Positions 28,119 to 39,964 of a stretch of 64,000 nt of DNA are shown here, piece after piece. Numbering within the stretch: position 1 is the stretch's first letter; each line of letters starts with the position of its first letter. Made by a program: the position numbers and the translations under genes. The stretch comes from Cetorhinus maximus (taxonomy: Eukaryota): positions 28,768,001 to 28,832,000 of the forward strand of contig NC_135896.1 in the NCBI RefSeq assembly GCF_964194155.1, written 5' to 3'. Below the pieces are notes generated by a model. The model had not been told where the DNA came from. It worked only from the letters and a program-made list of their open reading frames with translations, and did not search any database.

Positions 28119-28430
28119 TTTTTTTTATTCATTCGATGTGGGCATCACTGGCTAGGCCAGCATTTATTACCCATTCCTAATTGCCCTTGTTCAGAGGGCA
28201 TTTAAGAGTCAACCACATGTAGGCCAGACCAGGTAAAGATTTCCTCCCCTAAAGGACATTAGTGAACTAGATAGGTTTTTATGATAATCAACAATGGTTT
28301 CATGGTCATCATTAGAGTTTTAATTCCAGATTTTTATTGAATTTAAATTCCATTATCTGCCATAGTGGGATACAAACCCAGGTCCCCAGATTACCAGTCC
28401 AGTGATAATACCACTATGCCACTGCCTCCC
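28119..28430 (-). mobile_element. tRNA-derived SINE with LINE family B tail, inside the Harbinger Myb intron
   Basis: Minus-strand head gaggcagtggcatagtggta (A box) ... ggtttgtatcc (B box). Homologous to 50889-51252. Confidence 0.8.
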
Positions 28431-28467
28431 CCTCACTCACTGCTAGTTTAAGGGACATCACCATTCA

Positions 28468-28599
28468 TTCTGATGAAGAGCCATACGGACTCGAAATGTC
28501 AATTGTGTTCCTCTCCGCAGATGCTGTCAGACCTGCTGAGTTTTTCCAGCTATTTTTGTTTTTGTTTCAGATTTCCAGCATCCACAGTATTTTGCTTTT
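28468..28599 (+). mobile_element. 132-bp PLE family 2 mini-insertion carrying a minimal hammerhead motif (~28467-28503)
   Basis: TSD ATCACCATTCA (28457-28467, 28600-28610). att-CTGATGA-A-GAGCC ATACG GACTC-GAAA-TG-TC-aat. Confidence 0.8.
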
Positions 28600-30607
28600 A
28601 TCACCATTCACTCTCTCACTAACACCGCCATTGTCCTCATCCTGTCCATAGGACTACTCACTACCCATACAGGCCAGGCATACTTATCATTTAGCCTGGC
28701 AGGCATCTTGCTTAAACTATCTCCATCTCTATCTGTGCAGGACAAGCTGGCACACAACGAGAGAGAGGTTGCAGACCGGTGGCGGAATGCCCAAAGTCAA
28801 GATCCTCACGGACTTTGAAAACAGCTATCCAGCTGGCAGACTATGATCTGGACCATTCCTGTGCTGACAGTGAGGTCGGCACTGCTCTATCAAGTGAGGA
28901 TCCAGCAGTGCAATATCCATCAGACAACCATGCTGTGAGTGATGTATCCTGTTTCAAAGGCCACTGCCATGCACTAATTATCTCTCCTTTCACAAGCATA
29001 TCTACCAAACAGCCGACAGTCCATGACTCGGGGCCTCCAATCAAGCCCCAAAGAAACCTCTGGAGAGGAATCTGGAGGCACCCTCCCTGAAGTCCCATCA
29101 CAGCGCTCACCGACACCCTCCACCAGCGCAGAGACATGCACCTCAGTGGCACCTAGCTTTAGAGCAGCCCCAGGATCACAATCTGGTGAGCGCATCACAC
29201 TGTCTGATCCACAACAGGAGGCGGCAGGGACTTCCCAGGTCCCCAGAACTCAGAGGACTGCTGGAGGCCAGAACGTAGCTGAGTCCGAGTCAGATGACGA
29301 GCCTCTGGACTCGGTCAGGCCACAGTTGCTGGAGCTGCAAAGGCAAGCTTGGGAACATCAGGAAGGGATGTCCGCTGCATTCCTCAGATTGCAAGGCATG
29401 ATGGAGGAGGCTGTACGCCTTCAGGCTGAGGTGATAGTACCGGCATGCCAACGCACCAACACTGGTAGGGTGGTGGCCGCCATGGAGACCTTGGTGCAGG
29501 ACTTCGCTCCTGCATTGCTGCACGGGCTCAACTACATTGCTGATGTCATAGTTGGCCTCCAACAGTGTGTGTGCGAGAGGGGTGCCGGGCAGCTTGCAAG
29601 GAGTCAGCCTGGGTACCCATAGGGAGGAGGATCAGCAGGTGAACACTCCAGGCCCATCCATCCAGGTGACTCCGGGAGTGTCCAGCCAATCCGACTCTAC
29701 TCTTCCTGTGACCTCAGCAGCTCCAGCTCCACAGGCTGAGGAGGGTGCCACTACAACACAGCATGACCCTGAAAGCAGGCAGGGGCCCTTCGTCTCTGCC
29801 CTTCAGAGGACACCTGCCAAAGTCATCACAGACAGAACATCACAGTCAGCAGGCTGCCTCCACCTCCGCTGTGGATGTCCAGAGAGCAACAATATGTAGC
29901 GGCAGGGTTAGGAAGGTTAGGGAGAATTAGCTGCACAGCCTGGGCACGGGTGTTAATCATGTGTACATACTGTTCACTAATGTCAATAAATTCCCAAGAA
30001 TGTCTCCCTGTCTATGGCTCTTTGTTCTGATGAGCAGTGTTCTTGTCACTCAGATGTGAAACCTTTCTGCACAAGATAAAGGCAGGTGTCTCAGTCCAGG
30101 GCCTCTTCCCCGTGTTCTTGGCATCCTTCAAACTAAAATGATTGTCGGCCTTACCTCGGCAGGCCTGTCATTGCTGCCAGAATGTAGTGGGCAGGTGCCA
30201 CAGAGTTCTCTCATTCTCTCGATATGCTCTCAGCACCATTAAGGAGGGGCTGTCCCCCATCTCTTTAGCATCTGTGACCACTGATGCTGTGCTCCAGCTC
30301 CTGAAGGGCTATGGTGCTGAAGTTGGACACAGCATCAGAACTTCTAAAGTTTCATGGCTGCGTCTATATGATAAGACCCTGATCACGGAGGGCAAGCGAG
30401 CTGCCCTCGGCCAGATAGGAGTCAAACGTTCTCAGAGGCTGTGTGAAGAGCTACGGAGTGTCCTCACTGCATGTCATCATCCTCCTGCAATCGAGCAATT
30501 ATTAGGGCCTCCACTGCATCTCCATGCCAGGAGCATTCTCACAGAGGGCCATAAGCCAGACTGGAGTCAAATGTTCACAAATGCAATGTATGATCTATGG
30601 GGTCACC

Positions 30608-31835
30608 TCACTGCATGTTGTCATCATCCTCCACAAATCTAGCAGCTATGAGGGTCTCCCAAGCTTGCCTGCCTCATCTAGCCAGTGCGAGGGCCTAATC
30701 CCCGTCATCATCACATCCGTGGACCTCCTCAACCTCATCCCCATTGCTGTCCTCCTCATTGGAGGAGACCTCCAGCTCCTTCATCTCCTCCTCAGTCAGC
30801 TTGTCTCCCCGTTGCAGTGCCAGGTTGTAAAGGGCGCAGCAGACGATGACGATGCATGACACCCTCTGCGGACTGTATTGCAGGGTTCCACCAGACCGGT
30901 CCAGGCAGCGGAAACTCATCTTCAGCATCCAGATGGTCTGCTCCACCAAGTTGCGAGCTGCAGCATGAGCCTCATTATAGCATCAATCTGCTGTAGTCTG
31001 AGGCTGCTGCACGGGTGTCATCAGGCACAGCCTCTGTGGGTAGCCCTTGTCCCTGAGGAGCCATCCCTGCAGCTTCTGTGGACCCTAGAAGACTCTGGGC
31101 CTCTGTGACTAACTGAGGATGTAGGTGTCATGCACACTCCCTAGAAACCGTACGCATACCTGCACAATGCATTTCTTGTGGTTGCATACCAGCTGCACTT
31201 TCAGTGAGTGGAATCCCTTGCAGTTGGTGTTGTCCACCATGTGTAGCGGCGGAGACCTGAGCACCACAAGGGTACAGTCAATCACACCTGTGGGAATCCC
31301 GAGATCCAGGAGAATCCAATGGCCCTTGCATCCTGGCTGTCACGGGCGAAATGCACAAAGTTGTGTGTCCTTGAAGATGGCATCTGTGACCTCGTGGATG
31401 CATTTGTGGGTGGCAACTTGTGATATCCCACAGAGGTCACCTGTGGAGCCCTGAAGGGAGTCACTGACGTAGAAATTGAGTGCCTCAGTCACTTTCACAG
31501 CCGCTGGCAGTGAATGCTATCCATGTCCCCTTGGTGCCAATCCTGCAGTAAGTGGTAGATGTGAGTCACCAGGTTCATAGGCATGCACAGTTGTAAGTGA
31601 CACTGGTTCTCGGTCATCTACAGGAATGACAGGCAGCGCCTATAGACCCTGGGTGTCATTAGCCGCTGACCAGCCACGGCTCGCTATCGCTCCTGGGTAG
31701 TGTGTGCAGGAGCCCCTGCTGCCCCTTCTTCCTGAGGTTGTTGCTCTTGCCTTTGCATGGCCAGGAGCCTCAGTCACTCTCCCCTCCGTCTTCTCTGCTA
31801 TCTGTCAGCTATCAGGCATACAGCTGGGTCACCAT
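30608..31835 (-). pseudogene. Harbinger transposase (HARBI1/DDE_Tnp_4-like), disrupted
   Basis: 'VEQTIWMLKMSFRCLDRSGGTLQYSPQRVSCIVIVCCALYNLA', 'KGFHSLKVQLVCNH', acidic C-terminus. A (CT)n-cag acceptor lies upstream at ~31861-31890 on the - strand. Confidence 0.85.
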
Positions 31836-33099
31836 GCTCCACACTCCTGATGTGGTCCTCCTGCAGCATGAAAGAGAGAGAGAGAGAGAGATGTGGTTAG
31901 CATGGCTGTATTTAGCATCTTTCCTGGCCCTGTGTGACCGCCCCTTAATGCTTCCTGGAGAATGCTGGCCACCCCTCAGATGTCCACTCATGAATGCGCT
32001 TAATGGCTGCCCTGTCAGCCTGCGCCATGGGGGAGACTGCTTCTAACCGGGATGCTGAGATTGCAAGGGGCTGTGAGTGCCTCCAGCAGTGACTGCTACA
32101 TGGCCAGCGTTGGCGAGGAGATTGTGTAACGTGTACAGTCCAACTACTTTCCAGTCCAGTAAAGTGGTCACGGACTCGCAGCCTGTGCTGGGAGGAATGG
32201 GGAACGGGTAAGGTCTGGAGCGCTTGATGGCACTCGGTGTCTCCATGTTGCTTGCATGGGTGGGCAAGCAGTCCGACCCCAATCATATCACGGTGGCTGC
32301 GCCTGAACTGTCTCAGTTGCAGAGGAATGGTCAGTTTATGCAGGTGTCCCCACTGCGTGGCCACTTCCCTCACCTATCCTGCCCCCCCCATCTCGATTTC
32401 TTGTGCACGGGATCCAACGCCAGGGCAGCAGTTGCCCCGCCCCAACAACAGTCGCCTCCGCTACTGAGCAGCAGTTGCCCTCGGACACCCCCCTATCCCC
32501 TTGACAACAGTTGCCTCCAAGGCAGGGTGGCCCTTCACCCTGGCTCCTGGCGCCCTTGAAGCCTGCAAACCATCAGGCTACCCTGGCGAGCTCTGCAGAA
32601 TGATGCTGTTCACTCACCTCCACTTCCCCCAGAGTGAATGCTGCCAAGTGCACGCCACCTGTGTGCTGTTGTGAAACACATCGACGTGATTTCCTGCTGA
32701 CGTGGACGGATGATCCGGCAGGGGTCCAAGAGCCTGGCGGGATGGCCTTTTAATGATCTGCTGATGTATTACAATGAGCTCCCCAAGGACCACTGGTGGG
32801 AAACGCATCCCGCCATCAGCAGGCTGAGCAGATGATCACGACCTGCCTTCCTGCTGTCGTGAAACTGATCATAATGTATTGTCTGCACATGCCACCTATC
32901 ATGCCTGCTGCCAGTGGGCATGGCAAAATTCCGCCCATGGCGTTTAGGAATAGAATGACCTCAGAGCTTAAGTTCACAAACTTTTGGTGGCAGAACATGT
33001 TGAGAAGACTGTATCCTTTTTTTAAAAAAAAAGCATCCTTCAAATCATTAAAAGTGGTATAAAGTGCAAACACAAGGAAGTTATGCCAGACCTTTATGG

Positions 33100-33630
33100 A
33101 ACAGGAGTTGGCCCCAGCTGGACTACTGTGTTTAAGTTTAGGCATCACACTTTAGGGTGTCCAGGCCTTCAAAATGGCTCAGAAAAGGTTGACTGGAATG
33201 ATACTAGGGATGAGAAACTTCAGTAATGTGGAGAGACAGGAGAAGCTGGGGTTGTTCTTGGAGCAGAGAATGTAGAGGGAAGATTTGATGGTGTTCAAAA
33301 TCATGAAGGGTTTTGATAGCATAAATGAGGAGGAACTGTTTTCAGTAGGAGAAGATCAATAATCAGAAAACACTGATTTAAGGTGAATTGGCAAAAGAGT
33401 GAGAGGCATTTTTACTCAGCAAGTCTTTTGATCTGGAATACATAGGCTGAAAGGGTGATAAAAGCAAATTCAGTAGGAACTTTCAAAAGGGAATAGGGTA
33501 AATGCTTGAAGGCAAACCATTTACAGGATTCTAGGGAAAGAGCAAGGAAGTGGGACTAATTGTGCCTCTTTAGTAGATATATCCAATGGGCTGAAAGGCC
33601 TCTTTCTGTGCTCTATCATTCTTTGATTTC
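33100..33630 (+). mobile_element. CR1-type LINE 3' fragment
   Basis: Homologous to 11380-11920. Confidence 0.75.
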
Positions 33631-34809
33631 TACTGTGGTAAATTAAATTATGTACCTGAATTAGGAGGAGTAGACTATATATTGAAGATGGCACCGTGGT
33701 GATTTGGTGGGTGGGGTGGAATTCACAAGATTTCTGCCTTTCGAATGCTACAAACAGTCTGTGCGCTGCAGTTTTATAGCTTGTCTGTTTGTAACTCCGT
33801 GAAGTGATTTACATACGAACACACAAATATATGAATTAGGAACAGGAGTAGCCATTTGGCTCCTTGACCCTGCTCTGCCATTTGATAAGATCATGGCTGA
33901 ACTGATTATGACATCAACTTTCCCGTCTATTCCCTATATCATTTGAGTCCCTTGTCAATCAAGAATCTATCAACTCAGTCTTGAAAATATCCACTTCCAC
34001 TGATCTCTGGGGAAGAGAATTCCACAGACTAACGACCCTCCAAGAAAAAAATTCTCCTTCTCCCCATCTTAAATGGGAGACCCCTTATTTTTAAACTGTC
34101 CCCCTAATTCTAGTGTCCCCCATAAGGGGAAACATCCTTTCAACATCCACCCTGTCAAGTCCCCTCAGTATCTTTATACGTTTCAATAAGAACGCCTCAC
34201 ATTCTTCTAAACTCCAATGGATACGGGAACAACCTATCCAATGTTTCCTCATGAGATAACCCTTTCATCCAGGAATCAGTTGAGTGAAGCTTCTCTGAAC
34301 TGCTTCTAATTATATCCTTTCTTAAGTAAGAAGACCAAAACTGTACACAGTACTCCATATGGGTGATCTTGCCAGCAACGGCAGCAAAACCTCCCTACTT
34401 TTATATTCTATTCCCCCTTGCAATAAACAACATTCCATTTGCCTTCCTAATCACTTTCTGTTCCTGGATGCTACCTTTTTGTCAATCATGTACCAGGGCA
34501 CCCAATTCCCTCTGTACTCCAGATTTCTGCAATCTCTCTCCATTTAAATAATATGTTGTTTTATTATTGTTCCTGCCAAGGGCAATCTCATATTTTCCCA
34601 CTTTATACTCCATCTGCCAAATTTTGCCCACTCACTTAACCTATCGATATCCTTTTGAGACTCCTTATGCCCTCTTCACAAATTCTTTGTGCCATCAGCA
34701 AATTTAGCAATCATACATTCGGTCCCTTCATCCAAGTCATTGATATAGATTGTAAATAAAAAGTTGTTTGGTAGTACAGAACTTGAGTATTGCTGAAAAA
34801 AGACACATG

Positions 34810-34845
34810 TTGTTGAAGCTTTTTGTCCTGCACTCATCAGGACAA
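34810..34845 (-). ncRNA. Minimal type-I hammerhead motif (PLE family 1), G12->A
   Basis: Minus strand: TTGTC-CTGATGA-GT GCAGG AC-AAAA-AGCT-TC-AACAA. Confidence 0.65.
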
Positions 34846-36046
34846 TTTGCAAGAGTACTAAATGTGAAGAGAACAACAATTTATACTTTGAGAAGAGAGT
34901 GTTGATTGTTTGGCAAGTGAACTCGGATTGGTAGAGGTGTTGCCATGGGGAATGCACCAGTTAACTAATGGCTGACAGTTAACTGCCAAGCTTTCTTTGA
35001 CTTCAAGCCAGGCAGGTTGACTGATTGGTCAAGGCATTGCCCTGTGGAATGATCCAGAATGGCTGTCGCCTATCTTGTTTAGTTGAAACAGGTGTAATCT
35101 GTGTACATGTTCTTTCTGTCTGCAAAGAATTGGGCCCTGTGATTTAATATATGTGGCTTCCAGCCCATGTAAGTACGCCATACTGCGAGTCGACTGAATT
35201 GATTGTCAGCGTAATTCTTAACATACTCAGGATTGTTTACAAATGTTGTCCACTGGCAGAATCACATTTAATGTTGGACACTGTGTTTTGAGTTTTACAC
35301 GTGCCTTGCTTGTTGCGAACAGCTCAAGGGACGTGCTGTTTGATACGATCACACCAACACTGAAATTTACAAACCATATTACTCATTTGTCTAATAGGCA
35401 GAACGCCTTTTTGGCTTGATGGCCAAATGAGTAATATGGTATATGAATTTCAGTGCCAGTGTGAGGCTAAGTATTTATTTAGGTTGTATGTCCCAAAGGC
35501 TGGGGGGATTGTATTAAACAGCATGTCCCTTCGGCTGTTCGCAACAGGCAAGGTACCCAACCAACCTGTGCATGCAAAATTCAAAACATACAGTCCAACA
35601 TTGGAGGTGATTCCATGATTGGATAACATTTGCTAAACAATCCTGAATGTGCTAAGGATTACACTGACAACCAATTTAAGATTATCAGTCGGGCTCGCAA
35701 TGTGGCTCACTTACATGTGCTAGAAGCTACATATATTAATACATAGGGCCCTGTTCTTTGCAGACAGAAAGAACACGTGCACACATTGTGCCTGTTTCAG
35801 CTAAACAAAATAAGTGACAGCCATTCTCTGGTTCATTTTCCAGGGCAAGGCCTTAAACAATCAGAGTCAACCTGCCTGGTTTGAATTTAAACATAACTAA
35901 TTGATGAATTGACAGTGATCAGTTAACAGGTGCATTCTCCATGGCAACACCTCTACCAATCATAGTCCACTTGCCAACCAATCAGCACTCTCTCTTGTTA
36001 TAAAGCATAAATTGTTATTCCCTTTACATTTAGTAGTCTTATGAAC

Positions 36047-36080
36047 TGTCCTGATAAGTACAAGACGAAAAGCTTTGACA
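36047..36080 (+). ncRNA. Minimal type-I hammerhead motif (PLE family 1), G8->A
   Basis: TGTC-CTGATAA-GT ACAAG AC-GAAA-AGCT-TT-GACA. Confidence 0.65.
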
Positions 36081-36329
36081 ATACATGTCTCTTTTCAGCA
36101 ATACTCAAGACTGTAAATAGTTGAGGCCCCAACACTGACCCCTTTTTGATTTCTCTTTGCAATTCTTAAAAAAAAAGCTGGTTGGAATTCATAAAATTTA
36201 TCCAAATTGCGCCTGAGCAGGTGTAACTTTTCACTTTGTTATGTATATATTAAAGCTGAACTCCAGTTAGCAAAAGCTGTACTTTTTACACCATTCGTGA
36301 ATGGCATCGATCCACATGCAAACATTAAA

Positions 36330-36760
36330 AAGAAAAAGAAAAAAGAACTTGTATTTATATGGTGTTCTTCAAGGCATCCAATGCATTTCACAACAAATGA
36401 AATACTTTTAAAGTGCATTCATTGTTGTTGTAATATAGTCAAATGTAGCAGCCTCTTTGTGCATAGTGATGCTCCAAAAGCAACAGAGACAAATGAGCAG
36501 ATAATCAGTTTCTAGTGGTTTTGTTTGAAGGATTAGTGCTAGGATAAGTCCATTTGTCTCTTGGAATAGAGCCATTGGTTCTATATATCCAGTTGATAGG
36601 CTGATAGGGTCTTTACTTAACATCTCATCCCAAAGACTGCACCTCTGTTAGGCAGTTCTGCACCGAAGTGGCAACCTAAACTGTTGAAGTATTGAGTAGG
36701 GATGTCGTGGATCAAACCAAACTCAGAGGTGAGTGCTAGCATTGAGTCAAGGTTGACATT
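36330..36760 (-). mobile_element. Deu-domain tRNA-SINE, decayed
   Basis: A-rich tail then aacttgtatttatatggtg...; homologous to 22215-22625. Confidence 0.65.
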
Positions 36761-38264
36761 GTAAAAAAAATATTTTGCTAATTACACTGAAGGTTCTCTT
36801 ATATGGTTGAAAGTGTTTACTAACTGATGTCTATGATTTCATATTCTGAATAATATTGTGTTAGCATAGGAATTACTGAGTCATTTTATATCTGGCTTGT
36901 CAGTTCTCTGATCCCAAGTCTTTAGAGCTCGGTAATGGGTTCTGGTGATCACAGATTTATTTCACTCCTGTATTCACAATTGCTTACAGGAGAAAGATAT
37001 GACTGCTGCGTGCAACAATAGCATGAAGATCTTTCCCATGATGAATCATGTTGGATTCCTGAAGGTGTGCTATTGTACTATGTCAGTTAGATTTATAAGC
37101 ATGCTTTATACTACACCATTATTTCTTGGGAAGGGACCATGAGTTCCATCTCCTCAAGATCTGCATTCTTAGCTAGCATTAGAAAATCAGCTAATTCTTG
37201 TTCAGGTATCTTCTAGATCTATTCTGCAAAAGCTATGCACACTCAGAGCTTTTAGCCTCTGCCAACACTCACTCTAAAATTCTGAGTGAGTTTTGGGACT
37301 GCTGGGGCCTGATTTTAGCTCTGTAAGAAATAAGTTTTGAATGAGTTAAAATTGGACCCCTAGTGGCCTACATACAACCATCACCACAGATAACTGGGTA
37401 AGACAGCCAATTTAAGTTGATGTTTTTGCTATGAAGTTGTTGTTTTGAGGCAATTCTTGTTATTTTTGCAAACTTAATTAAAAATTCCCATTGTTAGGCC
37501 CCTAATTAGAGTCATTAAAATTTGAGAGAGGTGCCTGTTGCTGCAGCAAACCATCTAAATAATTGAGAGAGTATTTGGAAACTGAAAGATCTGTAATCCT
37601 ACATATATTCAAGACTGTTGCAAGAAGCTTTTGTATTTTTAGAGCAGCAAGTATTAACAATATAGAGTAAATCTTTCTTATTTTTGGTAATTGAACCATA
37701 GTCCTTTACTGTACAGAAGGCCTTGATATCTAGGGTGGCTGTTTGCCAGAGCCATCGAAAACCATTGCCATGGTCTTATGAAACCCTGTCTCCATAACCT
37801 TGCATCTTCCTCTGCTGCAGGTATTTATCCAGTTTTCTCATTGAAGTTGCAATGATCCCTGCCTCAACTATTCTCTGGTGTAACATTCTACATTTGAACA
37901 GGTCTTTGCATAAATATATTCCTTGAAATGACTCTCCTCATTCACTTAATGATTCTATATAAATTGATAACCCCGTGTTATTGACCCACCAACTAGAAAA
38001 ATGACCTTCCCCGATTCAGTCTAGCAATATAAAAATAAAGTCTTTCATTTATCAGTGCCTTTCACAACCTCGGGGCATCCTAAAGTGCTTTGCAGCCAAT
38101 TAAATACTTAAGTACTCACTATTGTAATTAGGAAATGCAGCAGCCAATTTGCACAGGAATGTGATAATGACCAGATAACCCTTCATAATTTCAAAAACCT
38201 CTCTTTAATCTCCCCTTAACCTTCTCTGCTTTGAAATAAGTTGTGTCAGTATCTCATGTCTCAA

Positions 38265-38676
38265 AGCAGCCTGCTTGAATGGCACCCCGTCCACCTGCTT
38301 AAACATTCATTCCCTCCACCACAGGCACACAGTGGCAGCAGGCTTCATCAACAGCACCTTCCAAACTCATGACCTCTACCACTGAGAAGGACAAGAGCAG
38401 CAGATGCTAGGGAAAACCACCTGCAAGTTCACCTCTTGACTTTGAACTAAATCTGCAAGTTCCCTTCCATGCTACACATCTTCCTGACTTGGAACTATAT
38501 CATGTTCCTTCACTGTTATTGGGTCAAAACCCTGGAACTCCCTGTTGGTGTACCTACAACACATGGACTGCAATGATTCAAGAAGATGGCTCACTGCAAC
38601 CTTTTCAAGGACAATTGGGATGGGCAATAAATGCTGGCCTAGCCAGTGATGCCACACTCCATGAAAGAATTAAAAA
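38265..38676 (+). mobile_element. LINE family B 3' fragment within an old - strand CR1 (~37710-39960)
   Basis: Tail gggcaataaatgctggcctagccagtgatgcc...atgaaagaattaaaaa. Confidence 0.75.
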
Positions 38677-38934
38677 TATTCGTGATCAATACTGTATGGC
38701 ATTGATGTCCATTCTAAAATGGGGCACCCAAAACTGCAGACATTACTCTGTGTCCGAATTGAAGTTTTGTAGAGTTATCTGTTCCTCGTTAACTTTTTGC
38801 GCTCTACCCCTAAATATGAGACACAAGGTTAGCCTTTTTATTAATTCAATTATTTGCATTTATTTTCAGCAGACTGTTTATTGAACCCTTTGGGGGTTTG
38901 TTTGTATATTGCTGTTAATATCAATATACTACAT

Positions 38935-39642
38935 GGGCAGGATTTTACCGTCAGCAAGAAGGGGTAGGGCCCGCTCGCCGATGCGTAAAATAATGCGGGA
39001 TGACGTCGGGCAGAACCCCCAACGTCACCCTGCCCCATTTAAATTTTCTGGAAGGTGGGGGCGCAGCAAAATCAGCTGCGGGCCGGCCGACCTGTCAATG
39101 GCCACTTGAGGCCATTGACAGGATCAATTAAGCAATTAAAGGACCTGCCCGTCCAACCTTAAGGTTGGCGGGCAGGCCAGGAGCCCCGGTGGCAACTAGA
39201 AAAAACATGAAACCTCATCCAGCAGCGGGATGAGGTTTCATGTAGGGTTTTAAAAATTGTAATAAAGTTGTTATGGAAATTATGAACATGTCCCAACTCA
39301 TGTGACAATGTCACATGAGGGGACGTGTAAGGGAATTTTTTTTTTTCTATGTTTAATATTTTTAAAAGCCGAGGCAATCTCCCTGAGGCAGCACTTAGCC
39401 TCAGAGAGATGAGTGCGCTCTTTCGTGCACATGCGCGAAAGAGTGCACTCTCGATTTTAGGGATTCCCCCCCGTCCGCACAGGGAGCGCATAGCGCTTCC
39501 CCGCAGACGTCACGCTGGGTGGGCCTTAATTGGCCCCCCCACGTAAAATGGCAGTGCGACCCCGATCGACGGCGGCGATAGGGTCCGCGCCCGCCTGCAA
39601 TTGTGTCGGCTCCGCCCGCCCGACGAACAGAAAATTCAGCCC
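38935..39642. mobile_element. Intact non-autonomous Harbinger element (MITE), 708 bp
   Basis: TIRs GGGCAGGATTTT / AAAATTCAGCCC; perfect 3-bp TSD CAT (38932-34, 39643-45); CpG-rich; internal palindromic segments. Confidence 0.88.
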
Positions 39643-39964
39643 CATGTGTACTACCATTCCTTGTTTTTCTTCCAAAAATCTACTATCCCACACTTAACGC
39701 ACACTAAATTGCATCTGGCGCCCCTCTGTCTTCCTGAAGTCATTTACAGTACCCTTCATGGTTTACCAGAACCCCTACTTTTGTGTTATCACAAATTTGT
39801 GATTGTACACCCTCTATTCAATTCTGTGTAAACCAAACAACAAAGTGGGCCTAGTATTGATTCCAGGTACAACATGAAACCGACTCCAATCCAAGCAATA
39901 TTCATATACCATGACTTTGTTTCCTGTCCGTTAAATAAACTTCTATCCTGTGCCTCGTGCGGTG

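Larger units (their letters stand above)
27830..29930 (+). pseudogene. Harbinger Myb/SANT-like DNA-binding accessory gene (3 exons: ~27830-28067, 28741-28934, ~28997-29930), frameshifted
   Basis: 'FNDGSLE*LLDAVEACRDVLY...AWEAVAAVV', donor AGG|GTAAGT, acceptor tgcag|GACAAGCTGGCACACAAC ('DKLAHN..QTGGG'), S/T/P-rich and coiled-coil tail, AATAAA at ~29985. Confidence 0.75.
27592..32936. mobile_element. Full-length-type PIF/Harbinger DNA transposon (two convergent genes, decayed)
   Basis: TIRs GGGTGGAATTTT (27592) and AAAATTCCGCCC (ends 32936); 3-bp flanks ttg/atg. Myb/SANT-like gene on +, HARBI1-like DDE transposase on -. Confidence 0.88.
34759..36107. mobile_element. PLE family 1 inverted tail-out pair (- arm ~34759-35420, + arm ~35425-36107)
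   Basis: Near-TSD AGA(T/C)TGTAAATA (34747-34758, 36108-36119); GIY-YIG 'NMVYEFQCQCEAKY'; each arm ends in the same pLTR. Confidence 0.85.
33811..36140 (-). mobile_element. CR1/HER1-type LINE 3' part, interrupted by a Penelope insertion
   Basis: 'FTIYINDLDEGTECMIAKFADGTK' (34676-34760) resumes after 36119 (agttgaggccccaacactga). Confidence 0.85.

Noticed and set aside
30608-31835. Domesticated HARBI1 host gene
   Set aside because: It has frameshifts and stops and lies between TIRs, so it is a decayed transposon copy.
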